A stretch of 64,000 nucleotides of DNA from Octopus vulgaris (GCA_951406725.2 OX597814.1:117180001-117244000); one strand, 5' to 3'. Counted from the stretch's first letter, positions 13,967 to 28,834 are shown. Notes: generated by a model from the sequence alone, not told the origin. Translations and numbers: made by a program.

Positions 13967-14164
13967 TGTGTCTGTGTTTGACCCCTCCAACATCGCTTGA
14001 TAACCGATGTTAGTGTGTTTACGTCTCCGTAACTTAGCGGCTCGGCCTAAGATACCGATAGAATAACTACTAGGCTTACAAAAAATAAGTCCTGGGGTCA
14101 ATTTGCTCGACTGAAAGGTGGTGCTCCAGCATTGACGCAGTCAAATGACTGAAACAAGTAAAAG
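13738..14164 (+). mobile_element. SINE family B, near full length, with internal (TG)n
   Basis: Pol III A-box-like TGGCTCTGTGGTAA and B-box-like GGTTTAGTCCC, CORE-like GTGGCTCCTTCGGCAACTGTCTT, and tail GGTGGTGCTCCAGCAT..GTCAAATGACTGAAAC. Confidence 0.88.
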
Positions 14165-15552
14165 TGTATCTGTAAATCTGGCGTCGGCTTTGCTAAACTT
14201 TAAAAAAAAAAACCTCTTTACGTTCATACTCTATCAACTGAAAAAAATGTTATCTGAAATTGCCTGAGTCTTATGCACATTAACATAACCTCACCAGCCA
14301 CAAAGTGGTGGAGCCTGAAACATCTTGTATCATATATCTGATCTAATATATATTATATTTGTCTTAAATTACGACAAAAAGAATACAATTACAACTACGG
14401 AAAAATTTTGTCGAACTGCAGTTAATGTAAAATGTGCTTACTCAAGAAATCGCTTGGTGTAGACAAAAAATCATTTTGATGAAACGTTTTTCATTTTATG
14501 ATGTATTAAATTAGAATTTTACTTTCTCATATTTAAATTATTGATAATTTTTATAGATTACATAATTAAATTTTCTTTTCTGTCTATTAAATATTTTTTC
14601 TATTTCGAGAGTGAATTTTTTGTTGCTGTAGTAAGATGATTTTGTTGTCTTTAAATTATTTAGATGGCGTAAGAAAATGAAAAGCACAAATTGTTGTTAA
14701 ATTTGAAATTACGTTATCATGTATTCGGACGCATGTAAAAATATATTTTGTTACAATACCTGAACAAATATATTTCGAAGATTTTAAGAAATGGCGGACA
14801 AATTTTGCAACATTTTTCAAGCATCACATTTAACATGTCTCCAAATTACTTTGAAAAGAACATAAAATAACCTCCGTTGAATTAAATCTCTATAGAATGT
14901 CTTTAATAAACATATCCATTCCATGATGAAACATCACATGTAGCAGAGAATTTCCAACACACTGAAGGCAATTATATTACAAGATATTTTAAGATGATCA
15001 CTGCTCGCTGTACACATTCAAAATCTAATTTGTATTATCTAATTTTGAATGTAAGACTAACAGTAATTATCGTTGTGGTTTTAATTCGTATTAAGCGTAT
15101 TATATCTGTTAATATATAAGTCGTGGCTCAGAGCCATATACCTAAACGAAAAGGTTTCATTAAACATAAGATAAAATTCTGGAAAACTGAATTTGCTTTA
15201 AATTAAACTTATACGATCCTTTCAAAATACACTTGTGGTATGTAAAAATGGACAATCACCTTGCTCTCAGCTATTTTTTGCATTGATTGTTTCCCATTGA
15301 GATCCATTGCAGTATTTTAATACTCAAAGTGCACTACTTCATTCACCCCATCAAAGCACTCACTGCATTTACCTATTTAATCCTTACTCTCTTCATAGTC
15401 ATTGCTTCTTTTTATTTGTTTTCCCTCTTTATCCTATTTCATTTCCACGAAAATAGCCTACGACAGTAACCTTTTAGAGAAAGATGTGCAAATTCCATCT
15501 TTTTTAGTTATGAGTTGCGAGACTCGGAGTAGCAAGGAGCTAACGCGAACAA

Positions 15553-15735
<183 letters not shown>

Positions 15736-16080
15736 CTAACCAATAACAATAAAGAGCTCGAAGGCGACGTAAAAAAAATAAAGGAAGGAATGTATTAACT
15801 TTATGCACGGAAATGGGAGAAAAGTAGAAGCAAATGTCCGTTACGTTTCCAGTAAATGCTCTTTTAAAAGAATACGTAGAGAGAAAAGGAGAGAGAAAAG
15901 ATCAGATGTGTGTCTTTCGAGCGGCCACCGCTCGCTATAGGCATGATTGACAAGTAGTCCAAGAGTGATTCAATCACATAAATATGTGTATGGAAATAAA
16001 TTTGATGATGCGTGTGTTTGTGTGTCCTTTGATTTTGCTTACACGTGATCTGATCAATAAGTATCTAATAGTCAATCAAA

Positions 16081-16290
16081 GGCATGCAGAGTAAAGCTGC
16101 TTGGCACAGATTGACCTTCCACTCTTCTGCGCATGGGCACTAAGTTTTAACGTTTTTACAACAGCGCTTGGAAGGAAGTTGTGTAGCGTGTGATCGTCGG
16201 ATTGAATATGATAGGGAAGGTTGAGCAGAGAATCTGCATCAAATTCTGCCAAAAGCTTGGCGATACCTGCTCAGGGGCCTACACAAAACT
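16081..16290 (+). mobile_element. Mariner transposon 5' end (UTR plus first ~27 codons)
   Basis: ATG at 16208 gives MIGKVEQRICIKFCQKLGDTCSGAYTK, a mariner transposase N-terminal signature. Confidence 0.8.
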
Positions 16291-16880
16291 TTCAAAAAAA
16301 TGTCCTCTTTCTCGGCACAATCAATAAGATCTTGTGCAATTGAAACCCGAGTATAATTTTGGTCAGCTAGAAGCAGTTTTGGCATAAACTTGGCAGACTC
16401 GCATCTCATAACCAAATCTTCGGTGATAATGAACTGAGCTGAACCGTAACTAATCCGCACATCTGATAACTCACGGAAGGTGATGTGATGGTTTCCTTTC
16501 ACAGCTGCATGTACATCTGCGATGTTTTTTCTCAGTCCTGCTGGTTGCGGGTCTCCTATAACGTTCGTCAATATCGACATTTTTTCGGCCAATTTAGAAA
16601 CGTCCGAACCGTTCATACACTTGTGTGCCGCTCATGCAGTCGTCCCCATACACTTACTGCAAATTTGCGTAAGCCTCTGTGCACGTATCGCCATGATAAC
16701 TTTCTTTGTCATGGTCAATGCGACGTTCACAGGCTACACACCTTCCTTCACAGCACTACTGTAAACAGCAGAAGTGAGCTAGAACGTTGAAACTGACTGC
16801 GCATGCACAAAAGAGATACGGAAAATATTTGCCAAGAGAATTTATTTTGCGTGCTTTAGCTTCGTTACTATAGCAACAGA
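16285..16880 (-). mobile_element. Mariner transposon 5' half, decayed (paired HTH DNA-binding region, no catalytic domain)
   Basis: Frameshifted GDTCTEAYANL*VYGDDCMSGTQVYERFGRF..DERYRRP, then ITFRELSDVRISYGSAQFIITEDLVMRCESAKFMPKLL (WVPR-equivalent) ..EDIFLK. Confidence 0.85.
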
Positions 16881-19269
16881 ACGAATATTTATTGATGAGA
16901 CATCATATGTGTGTGCATGAGTTTGTCTTGCATATATGTGTGCGCAATAGCCTGTGCATGTGTGCTTATGAAACAATTGTGTGCGTATGTGTGTGTGTGT
17001 TGTTGTTTTCTGTTTCTGTGTGGATATAAGGCGTACAGAGAGAGATATATAGAGAAAGAGAGAAAGCGAGAGAGTGTGAGAGAGAGGGAGAAAGAGAGGG
17101 AAAGAGCGAGGGAGAGAGATAGGGAGAGAGAGAAAGAGAGAGAGAAGCAGTTTAAATAGGGCTCGCGAAGTAGCACGCGCTGGAAAACGTAAGTGTATGA
17201 TTTATTGGTTACAATGACTGTGATATTTATGCGGGATGGTAACGCAAGTGTGGGTGCTAATGTGTGTGAAGGCGGGAATACGTGTGAGCATGTGTATATG
17301 TGCGCGTGTATGTGCGTGTGTGAGTGTATGTGTTTTTGCTTGTGCTTGTGAATATTGCTTAAACATGTTGGTTTGCGTTGGATTGAATAAGAGATGAGGG
17401 TTAAGGTAAAAGGCATAATGTAGTGTTAGTGTGTATGAAGGAAGTAGGCATGAAAAGAAGATACGATTTTAGTCCATAACTATGTATTTTTCTCTCTCTC
17501 TCTCTCTCGAGGTATATATATATACATAGATGCACACGGATTTGCCTGTATACAACTTCGTGCTGCTTGTGAGCTTGGGAATACGTGCACAACGACGAAG
17601 ACATATGTATAGCGTGTGAGTGTCACCACTTAATTAAAAATATATGATAATATTTTGTTTAATTATTCTTTTTCATTTAATATATAAATAAAAAAAATGA
17701 AAGTATTTACAATAAGCGAAACATTTTATTAATATTTATTTTTACTAATGATTTCGAATAATATATCCATGATACTGCACTGACAATTGTTGTCTGACCA
17801 AAGACTTCTTCGTGAGGGAGCAGAGGAACGCTGCGGTCAATGAAAGGACCATAAAACTTGGACTATATTAGACAAATGATACACGAGATATAACCTTAAA
17901 AGGACTGCTCGGAGAGATGCAGAAGACCCCTCTATGATAGGGTTTAAGTGGACTGGACTACTAGAGGTTTTTATATGGGTGAAAAGCAAAAGTTGATTGA
18001 TGTAGGCTGATTGCACAGGATTGTTGGAATGGGGCGACAAAATATCTGGCCAGAATAGAACCTATCATTTAAATGAAAAGTCTCTTCAAATTATCTGATT
18101 CCAGTGCTCTGTGAGGTTTTACAAAGCAGATCAAATATATCATGCAAGAGGAATTTGGATTCATTAGCTTTGCCTTAGTGCCAGAGAAAGGAGATGGTAG
18201 GGTTCATGCTCAAAAGCTCTCCAAACATCTAGGTGGGTGCGGAGAAAAGCGCTTATGAAGAAAAACACCATTGTTTTAATCGAAGCTGGCTAGAATCACA
18301 TTTTCTACTCCACCATACGTGTCACATTTCTGTGAAACCAAAACTGACCCGGGCAATTTATATCGCTATCTTCAGAAATGTTACTGATCCCGAAAGTAGT
18401 CACGGATATCGACATACGAGTTTCTAAGACTTGAAAGTTCTTCAAAAAGTATCCCAGTGAGATGATTATGCTAAATGGGGAGAAATATTTTAAAACAATC
18501 CATGGTAAGCAATGTGCAATCTCATTAAAGTTGAATGGGAAGGTTTAGCAGCTCGTTTCCTAAGCAAGGCGAGCAGCATGTTATGCATTAAAGGGGCCTA
18601 TACGTAGAAGGCCATCTGTTGTTTACGATATAAAACACAGTGTCTTATTATAATTATGAATCATGTGAAGTTAGCCAAAGGGATATTGCTTCTTGGTTTA
18701 TTGCTTGCTGGATACATCCTTGAGCTTGATCAAACCTAACTAGGTTCATGTGACAGTCAAATTAAGTGTAACACCCGATGATGTCAAATTACATCACCGA
18801 CCATGTGTCCAGGTTAATGAACAGATGCTTTATTAAAACAAACAAAATTTATTTTGCATAATTCAGTTTTGTATGTCAGGCCCGCTGAGACGTTTGAGGG
18901 AAAATATCCAGTATTGGATCCAGGAAATAGCTTCACATTATCTACCAATCCTGAAGAACTATTGCAATTAATCTACCCGCATTAACTTGCCTGATGAATA
19001 TTTCAACAACACCATATATGAAAATGGAGTAGTAAAAAACTTCGTCAAACTTTCGGAAGCTTCTCAGAGAAGAGTAAAAGAAAATGTTGTACTGGATACT
19101 GTGTGAAGTTTGACCAAACCACTCATATAAAAACAAATTCTGGACACAATGTAAAATCCCATTCCTTGGGTCCTGGAAATAGTTGACTTGCAGCTTTACG
19201 TATACTTAGACACTTCGTTTATATGGTTTTAGAGTTACTTAGAAATTAGACTGTGGTCTGTCATGTCTC

Positions 19270-19500
19270 CTAGGGCTCATAAGGCTGGAAATTAATCCAC
19301 GTTCAATGGTGTATATGTGACTGCATTGACAACACATCCTACTGAGAGGGATGCTGATTCGCCCCAGGGTAACTTGCCCACCTATTGCTGGAGTTTATTT
19401 ATATTTGTGTGTGTGGAGCAAATGAAATTAAGTGTTTTCTCAAGAACAAAATGCGTCGTGATATTACGACAGCAAACGAATCTCCATAATCAGCGAATCA
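19270..19500 (-). mobile_element. Old decayed SINE with V-domain/CORE-like segments
   Basis: Plus strand GAGGGATGCTGATTCGCCCCAGGGTAAC..AAGTGTTTTCTCAAGAACA resembles the reverse complement of V-SINE-type consensus from memory. Confidence 0.4.
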
Positions 19501-20249
19501 AATGATTTCAAGGAATGATTTTTGTGGTCGACACAATGAAAACACAATGATGCGTGGTGGGGCAAGATTTATCAAAAAGAGCGAAGGTTTCTATGTCGAC
19601 AATAATAGTAATAATAATAATCGGTTTTTCTCTAAAAAAAAAAAACCTTTTATCATTCAGAGAGGTATCGAACTAGAAATAATGAAAGGTAAAGTTGCGT
19701 CTGGCGGGATTAGAACATAATGCCTTTATTCGTGTAAGTAATTAGCCAAATGAAATTTTCTAATGTTTTGAAAATCTTTTTGCACATTGCTTTTATATGA
19801 AATCCATAATGAAAATAATACATATGGAGTAACGATTTAAATTTCTCTTATGAATCATGGAAAAGCGTAACATTTTTTTTTATAGATATATTCCAATCTG
19901 AATTGAAGAAAATAACAACTCTGCTATCGATTTTATTTAGGTGATGGATGTATATTTGCACATCGTTACATATCTCTCGGCACAAACACCAGCTAAAGCA
20001 CAATTGTATCACAATCAAACAATAACATTCATAAACACACGATCAATCACACACACACACACACACACACACAATCACATAAATATATGTGTATATACGT
20101 ATATATGTATACGTAGGTATATATATATATATATGTGTGTGTATATATATGTATATATATATGTATATATATATATATTTATGTATATATATATATATAT
20201 GCACATATATAAATATATTTAAGTGTATATATGTATATATATATATACT

Positions 20250-20338
<89 letters not shown>

Positions 20339-21214
20339 ATGTATAAGCTGCTGAACACATTCAAATTGTACACCTGATATATGTATGTATATATGTGTGT
20401 ATATATGAATGTATGCATGTGTGTATCTTCATTGATTTACACACACACACACACACACACACATACACACAATAAATTTCAGGAGAACAGAAGTGATTTT
20501 TAGAAGCAGCACCAACACCAGCAGCATATGAATACGTATAACTTTAGATATTGATCGATTCTTTCATCTTTATTCCTGTTTAATTATCATCAACCAGCTT
20601 GTCTCACAGTCGTTTTGATTACTTTTAATTGTATTCCCCGACAATTTTTTTTAAATTAGTAATTTTTTCAGTTTATTTATTTCGCTATCGACTGATCGAT
20701 ATTTGCCTTGTGTTAAACGATCGCTTTGTACAATGATATATCCTTTCCAATTTATATTTATGTACATTTAAAATTGAAAATAAAGTAAAAGAATATCTTT
20801 AAGTCTTCAATCAATATTTTGGTAATAATTTTCTTTGCTAAAGAGTTTTTATTTCTATTTTCTTTGTATGTTATGAGTCTTCAGTTATTTGAGTAATAAA
20901 TAGCTTTTAGATGGTTCGTATTTGTTTTAACTTGTGATTTCTATCTGAAATATAATTCTCACTTTATCTATGCGCTATCTGTGGTGATATGAATTTTTTT
21001 AGCGTTTCTGTTCCAATTTTGCGGACAAACATCTGTAGAATATTTTTAATTTAGCTTTTAAATTTAATAACCTGATGCATTCTTTAAGAGACAAAAAAAT
21101 AATTACTTTTCTGTGTTATCTTAACTATACATTAAATCGCAACTCGTTAGGTTTTCTCTGCCCACCGCTCGCTCCTACTCTCTCTCTCTATCTGTCTATG
21201 TACGTATGTATCTA

Positions 21215-21282
<68 letters not shown>

Positions 21283-22827
21283 TGCATGTTTATATATACT
21301 GGGCGGTGTGAGTTTGTATATGTAATAGATTCTTGTATACATACATTGAGTAATGGCGTATATTCTGTAAACAGAAGGAGAAATATTAAGAACATCACAA
21401 GACGAACAACATTTCGCAATAATGTATTAACTTATATATGAGTAAAATTATATAATTCGTGTGCCTTAGTTCTCCTGGGAGAAATGGGTCGTGGCTTGCT
21501 TTTTCTGTTAGGACATTGAGCTGCTTGCATTTCTCCATTTTGGTTATCATTTGGAAATAGGAAAGAAATAGAAATCTATTGTCGTTGCAGTGTTCGTTGA
21601 TATTTTATAGTTTGTGATTTATCTTTACAACATCATGAAGGGAGGTTTGTGTGAGATTTTCATCAACATACTGTCAAAAGGAGATGCATGTGTATCGTGT
21701 GTCAAGCGGCCTTCGATATAGCTGCTCTCTATATATAGGACAGCCAGAAGGTTTGACATCTTTATCGCTTTCTTAATCCCGAATTCTGTTTTCGTATGGA
21801 TTCCTGATACAGAAATCAAGTTTGAAATACAATGAAGTTCAGTAGTTCGTGAGTGTGCGTAAAACAGTAAACATCGATAGAATAGTAAGATGTAATGGAG
21901 TCGAATTTTAGATCGACAGGGAAAACTTCGTGTAGGTTAAAACGTATATTGTCACATCCAGCACAACAATTTACATACATTGAGTTCGGCAGATGGAAAA
22001 CTGTAGAATATACAATATAAAAAACGAATAAAAATGATTCATACTTAGACTAATGAGCCTGATTTGAACTGAGACAGTACCATTTGTCTTTGACTGTATT
22101 TCAAACATAGTTCTATTTCCCTTTCTGTTACATCCCGAAATTCTTGATACTTGAGATTATCTCCCCTGCATATTAAAACTTAGTAAAAGCTACAATGAAC
22201 CATTTGTTTACTGTTCTCATAGCGGAACGAAAATTTCAATAAAGTGAGCATTTATTTTCTGTAATTTTTAACATTCAAATTTATTCAATTTTATCGTCGA
22301 CATTCATGCCGCAGTTTACTCTGGTTTTAGAATGTTTTCTTAAAATTATGTTAATTGCTCTAGGTTATATAACTTTTACGCTTGTTGTATGCTTACATCA
22401 TACAGTTGCTAGCGTCTGGCAAGAATAACCGCCGTACTGATTATGCTTACAGAGATAGAAACTGTTTTCATTTACAGACGATACGCCTGAAACCACCTTA
22501 AAGTTACGTAAATCCTGACAGTTTCGTACACCATATGAAAATCCCTCGTATTTATTTATAGGTTTGTTGCAGCTGCCACTAGGCTTTATATATTTTTAAG
22601 TACACAGGAAAATATTTTTTACCGTACTTATCATATTCAAGTACACGTGTGTATAAGCATAAATGGACAGACACACACAGAAACACACAAATACACTCAC
22701 ACACACACACGCGCGCACACACACATATATATATATATACATACACACACACACATATATTTTGGCGGCAAACATAGACACACAAACATATACACACACA
22801 TTCATATATATATATATATATATATTT

Positions 22828-22967
22828 GTCCGTAAACTAGCGGTTCGGCAAAAGAGACCGATAGAATAAGTACTAAATTTACAAAGAATAAGTCGTGGGG
22901 TCGATTTGCTCGACTAAAAGGCGGTGCTCCAGCATGTCCACATCTAAATTATTGAAAGAAGTAAAAG
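22828..22967 (+). mobile_element. SINE family B 3' part
   Basis: TAGCGGTTCGGCAAAAGAGACCGATAGAATAAGTAC..GGCGGTGCTCCAGCATG closely matches 39480-39600. Confidence 0.85.
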
Positions 22968-23461
22968 TGTGCGTATTTGCAAGGTCTATACGAACACATC
23001 CATTTACGCTTATATCATACCATATTAAGTCTATCAAAACAAAAATAACCAATTATTTTATAGAGATATAGAAACGTAAGTGTGATAAAAAGACTGTGAG
23101 GTAGGCGTCTATGAATAAACAGTGTCGGATATAAAATATATAATTTGAGAGTGAATGTGTTTAAACTAAGCTTATAAATGTAATTTGTTGTTGTCAAGAC
23201 TTGCTGCTACGTAATTTACAATGATTCATCGAAAAATATTTGTCTCTTATTTGAGATAAGAAACTATAATGCGTTGTATAAATGTGCCAATGTTTACATA
23301 AATTCTATAATCCTCTCTGACGCGCGTAAGCACGAACACCCACGCGCGCACAGACACACGTATGAGAACATATTTTTGTGTGCATAGATATGTATATAAG
23401 TATTTACACACACACTCACACACATGTATTCTATCTTTCTCTCTCTGTCTCTCTCTGTCTC

Positions 23462-23503
<42 letters not shown>

Positions 23504-23712
23504 ACTATCTGTCAGTATATTAATGTATCTATCTATCGATCAATCGATCTGTCTGCCTGTATCTCCCTACATCCATCCATCCGTCCGTCCATCAATCCAT
23601 CCATCCCTCCCTCCCTCCCTCCATCTATCTATCTATCTATATATATATATATGTAATATATACATATATATATACACATACATATACATATATATATAAA
23701 TACATATACATA

Positions 23713-23782
<70 letters not shown>

Positions 23783-24499
23783 CATATACATACATACACA
23801 CACACATATGTATATAGAGATTGATAGATAGATAGATAGATAGTTAGATAGGAATATTTGTACGTATATAAGTGTATGTATATATACATGCATTCATACA
23901 TACATCATTTAACTTTTATCCAATGGCCAATCTCCATAAAGCATTATTCGAAATTTCTCGTCCGTTTTACTTTTTCTCATATATTATTTCAAGGTGAATG
24001 ATTCACTCCATTTATGTTCGATCTGCCAAACGCAAACATTCGAAGCACCGTACCTGGCGTAACGATTTGAGAAGGGAAACACATTCTTTGCACAAACAAT
24101 CATGCCCTTTTGCATATAGCTAATATATTTCTGCGGTTTGCCTTTTCTCATGTCAGAAGCGATCGGGTATTAAATCAACGAACCGCGGAGTTTATGATCC
24201 AATAGATCCTTATTTGAGACGGTAGGATGTTGTCTGATGGCAGTTTATTTGTTATTTCTACTTGTTGATCGTATCATATTGGCTCGTTCTTTAACTCAAA
24301 TGAAACATTTGTATTTAGACTTGAATGTAATAAATATGGTATGTTGGTAGCTTCGAAACGTGACGACAAGGAAACATCGATGTAGAAGCATCAAGTACTA
24401 CAGTATGCAGTCAAAAGTGGTTTTGTTTTGACAAGGAGAAAGCACATTGCTTAGTACGTTCCTAGATAACCATATGACATTTTGCAATGGCATACGAAT

Positions 24500-24694
24500 A
24501 TGACGACATGGATGACGGCGTCGACTCAGTTGGTGCAGATTCTGATGTTGATTATATTGATAGTGGAATTAGTGATGAAGATGAAGTTTATGGTGATGGT
24601 GATGACGATGAAAATGATGCCTATAGTGACGGTAGTGTTAGTGTTGATGGTGATGACGACGACGACGACTACGACGACTACGACGACGAAGACA

Positions 24695-24729
<35 letters not shown>

Positions 24730-25095
24730 ATTTTTGATCGCTCAATATTATTGATTTATCAGAATGCATTGGAATACTGAAATAATAGAACTGCATCCTC
24801 AGTAATAATGTGATGTGGCTGTTGTTGTTGCCGACGATGATAGTGATGGTGACGACTATGATGATAAACACGATAGTGATGATGATCTTTGCGACGGCGA
24901 TGGAGATGAATGAGGATGGTCTTTGCCGGAACGCTTTTCATTTTATGCCTGTTCGATCACAGCATATCAGAGAATACCAGACCACCAACATCACTATCAC
25001 TACCAACAACACTAATACCACACCACCACCACCATCTCCGCTACCAGCACCACCAACACAACCACTGCCACCGCCGCTACCAAGATCAACAACAA
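24500..25095. repeat. Decayed (GAT/GAC)n and (CAC)n trinucleotide low-complexity block
   Basis: Direct inspection. Confidence 0.8.
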
Positions 25096-26984
25096 GGAAA
25101 GTAGCATTTTCATCACTTGTTCCAGAGACCGAGTATAATGTTCAAAGAATCTCGATAAAATTTTACAAACCCAGCAAATGGTCTTGGACCGTAGCGTTGA
25201 CATTATTAGATATCTTTTTACTGTCCACTTGACAATTACGAGTTCCACGAACATCTCTTCATATTGTATTCTTTATATTGCCTTGATATAAATACTTCTT
25301 CGCCTTTAAAATTGAGAACATTTTTTCTTAAATCGCTGTCCTCACAAAAAATATGTGCAATTGAAAAATTGGTACAACCTATAAAAATAATCGACGAGAT
25401 GGTCAAAGGTGGAACAAATTTTATCCGATATTTTTAGTGTCCAAATCACTTTGTTCAAGCATTAAATATGTCAAGTCATTCCCGCCTAAAATATGAGTCC
25501 TCTGGTATTCCTTCCTTGTTCATGCCTTGCACGTCCGTGATAGGTTTAAGCATTTATGCAAGAGAAGCAAGGCTTGGGGAAGTTCACGGACTCTTTCCCT
25601 TCTTCCAGAACCTGAAGGTAAAAGAAAATGAGATAAGTATTTGTTGAGGGTTGACTGAGTTAAAAACAATAACAACAAAAATAATCTAACAAACTTCAAA
25701 TTTATTTAAAATGCCTGATTTGAACTCCATATTATATTTCGAGTTTAAAACATCACTCCCATATCCAGAACCAAAAAGTGCCTAATTTCTTGCCAATACT
25801 TCCCGAAATCAGGTAGCCTATAAACTCTGAGTAGGTCTAAAATTCCTTTAGTGTTCCTCCTGTTACGTTTTAAGTTATTCCAGTACAGACGTCGTTCCCA
25901 CGTAAGAAAACGGGAAACAATATAGTGCTGGGTCTCCTTTTGAAACATATAGACGTTGTTAAATCCTTATGTATAACATATATCGGCGGTTGCTCAATCG
26001 ATTCAGAAAATCGTCATAAGTCTTAACATCACCACCTGATATTTGTGTAAACCAAGCAGAAAACTCTATTGTGTTGGATGTATTTTTGTGTAGAAGTCTC
26101 TAACCTGAGAACAATTTATGCAATGTCTTTCATTCCTTCTTTTCAAATGTAACATAGGCCTTGTAGATACATACAGAGATCGTCCAACAGCCGGTCCTTT
26201 CGGTTCGCAAGTTTCCTGAAAGAGTCCATTTCTCTCACCGAATGTCGGAGGCGGCTGGTATTTCCACTGGGAAAAAAAGTAGAGTACGCAGAATACGGCA
26301 TGGTTATGAGAGAAATCTTGGAGACCAGGACGAGTTGCTGAAAGCTGAACTGATGCTACAAAACAATATCATCATTGTCATCGCCGTCGTCATCATCATC
26401 ATTATCATCATTATCATCATCATCAATATCATCGCCGTCATCTTCGTCATCATCTTAATTTTCAGCATAATCGACAGCATCATCATTGTCGCCAACAGCA
26501 GTAGCACCAACAGTAGCAGCAAAAACAGCGACAACTCAACAAAACCGTTCTCACTATTATTGCGGGTGTAGTTTAATTTTGATGTGCTCTTGCTTAGAAA
26601 TCAATAATAATGAGATCATCTTCACTCTTATCATCAGCGCTGATGTCATGATCAACGCCGCTGTCACCACGTCAGATACCATCACCACCTCCACCACCAC
26701 CATTACCACCGCCTTCGTGATCTTTACCATCGTTACCATCATCATCATTGCCTTCTTCTTCATCCTTATCATCATCTTCATAGAAAGCCGTGGGAATTAC
26801 GAACTGAGCATTTGGAGTAAATTATCAAACTGCTGCGTTTAATAGAAGAATCACAAAAAAAGTCATCTTTTGACTTTGAATATATTTGAAGCCACTGACA
26901 TTAATCGAAAAATCTTATCTCCCGGTGTATAAATGTTGTTTATAAATACTTTGATATTTATCATCTTTTTAATATTTAGAAGCA

Positions 26985-27160
26985 TTCAGAATCGTTAGCA
27001 CGCTGGGCAATATGTTTACTGGCATTTCGTCCGTCTTTACGAAATTTCGTCAGACTTTCCACTCTGAGTCGATAAAATAAGTAGCAGTTGATAACTGAGA
27101 AAAATATAATCTACTTAGCTACCCCTGAAATTGCTGGACTTCTGCGAAAACACAAACCAA
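26985..27160 (+). mobile_element. SINE family A, decayed with internal deletions
   Basis: CAGAATCGTTAGCACGCTGGGC..GTCGATAAAATAAGTAGCAGTTG. Confidence 0.6.
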
Positions 27161-27171
27161 TATGTAGTAAC

Positions 27172-27310
27172 AGTGGGGGGGAGGCCCCACCCCCTTCGGT
27201 CATGATTGACCATGGGATTGCACCTAAAAATTTACTCTCCGAGTCACAAGTCCGGGCAAGGTTGTTTATGGAAGGCCAGCAGTCGCCCATGCATACCAGC
27301 CTCCTCTCAG
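27172..27310 (-). mobile_element. Short GC-richer interspersed-repeat fragment, possibly the tail of an RTE-associated SINE
   Basis: Minus strand CATGGGCGACTGCTGGCCTTCCATAAACAACCTTGCCCGGACTTG resembles RTE/SINE segments from memory only. Confidence 0.3.
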
Positions 27311-27385
27311 TAAGGAGTAAATAATCAAATTCGAATAAAATCTTCTGTATATAAATATGCGTGCACTCCTTCAGTTAAAATGGCA

Positions 27386-27740
27386 AGGATTCCAGTTGAT
27401 CCGATCAACGGAATAGCCTGCTCGTGAAATTACCGTGCAAGTGGTTGAGCACTCCACAGACAAATTTACTTTTAACGTAATTCTCGGGGAAGATTCAGCG
27501 TGACACAGAGTGTGACAAAGCTGACCCATTGAAATACAGGGACAAAAGAAAGAGGAAGAAAGAGTGAGAGAAAGTTGTATTGAAAGAATACAGCAGGGTT
27601 CGCCACCACTCCCTGCCGGAGCATCGGGGAGCTTTAGGTATTTTCGCTCAATAAACGCTCACAACGCCCGGTTTGGGAATCGAAACTGCGATCCTATGCC
27701 CGAGAGTCCGCTGCCCTAAACACCAGACCATTGCGCCCTC
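27386..27740 (-). mobile_element. tRNA-derived SINE family C
   Basis: Minus strand begins GAGGGCGCAATGGTCTGGTGTTTAGGGCAGCGGACTC..GTTTCGATTCCC (A- and B-box-like), followed by a CORE-like body and a long tail. Confidence 0.75.
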
Positions 27741-28695
27741 ACTTTATATAAATATACAACATTAAAGCAGCCGAAATGAAAATACTTGTGCGTATAATAT
27801 TTATAAAAGACACGTGTATATTAAAACCTAGGGTCTAGGCAACAACACAATCGGTCACAAGGCTGAGTGTTTCCACCTAATTTCGTCTCTTCAGTTTGCC
27901 ATTCAATTGGCTAAACATTTTAAATTGTACGTATATTGTTTGAAAATCTCAATTCTAAATCAGAATTTTATATCAGCTTGGAGAAGATTTATATTACAAC
28001 TAAATAATGGATACACAGGAATTACATAATGCTGACTGTTGACACCTTAGTGCCAAATAATCTAAAGATGAGTGTTATATAGAATTTTAGGAGAATGTGT
28101 CATAAGTTTTCTAAGACTGAATAAGATTTCTAAAGAGGCGAATATTGCTAAAGAAATAGCAAAGCCAAAGAAAAGGAGAAAGAATAAATTTGAACACCTC
28201 TGTAAAGATTAAGAAATAGGTGGCATTTGGCAGTCTTCGCGGTGCTAACTTCCAAAGCGAAGATTAAGAGCATGAAAGTTCAAACTATCAAGTTGCGAAA
28301 AGGTTAGTGGTTATTCTTGTCATGCGTATAACATGTTGGAAATAAATACCCATTTCCTCAACAGGTAAATAATTTGCAAAAGGAATATTGATTTATATTC
28401 TCAGTTGATATGTCTCACAATAGTTGCAACAAAATATTAACGAGCTGAGGGAAAGCAATACTGTAAAGATACAAGTAACGAATGCACCAATATACCTATA
28501 CGTACCCACACATACATATAGGAACATACAAAGGCAAATGTATACGCATGTACGCATGCATGTACGTGTGTGAGTGTTTGTGTGTATATAGATACATTGA
28601 TAGATCGATAGCGAGATCTTGGATTGTTCATGTAATCAAGTGACTCGAGCCAAAATAGTGGTCAGATACACACAGACACACACGCATATACATAC

Positions 28696-28822
<127 letters not shown>

Positions 28823-28834
28823 TATATACATATA

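Noticed and set aside
24487-24780. Acidic 97-aa ORF (MAYEYDDMDD..)
   Set aside because: Explained by a decayed (GAT/GAC)n microsatellite; no domain motif or splice support
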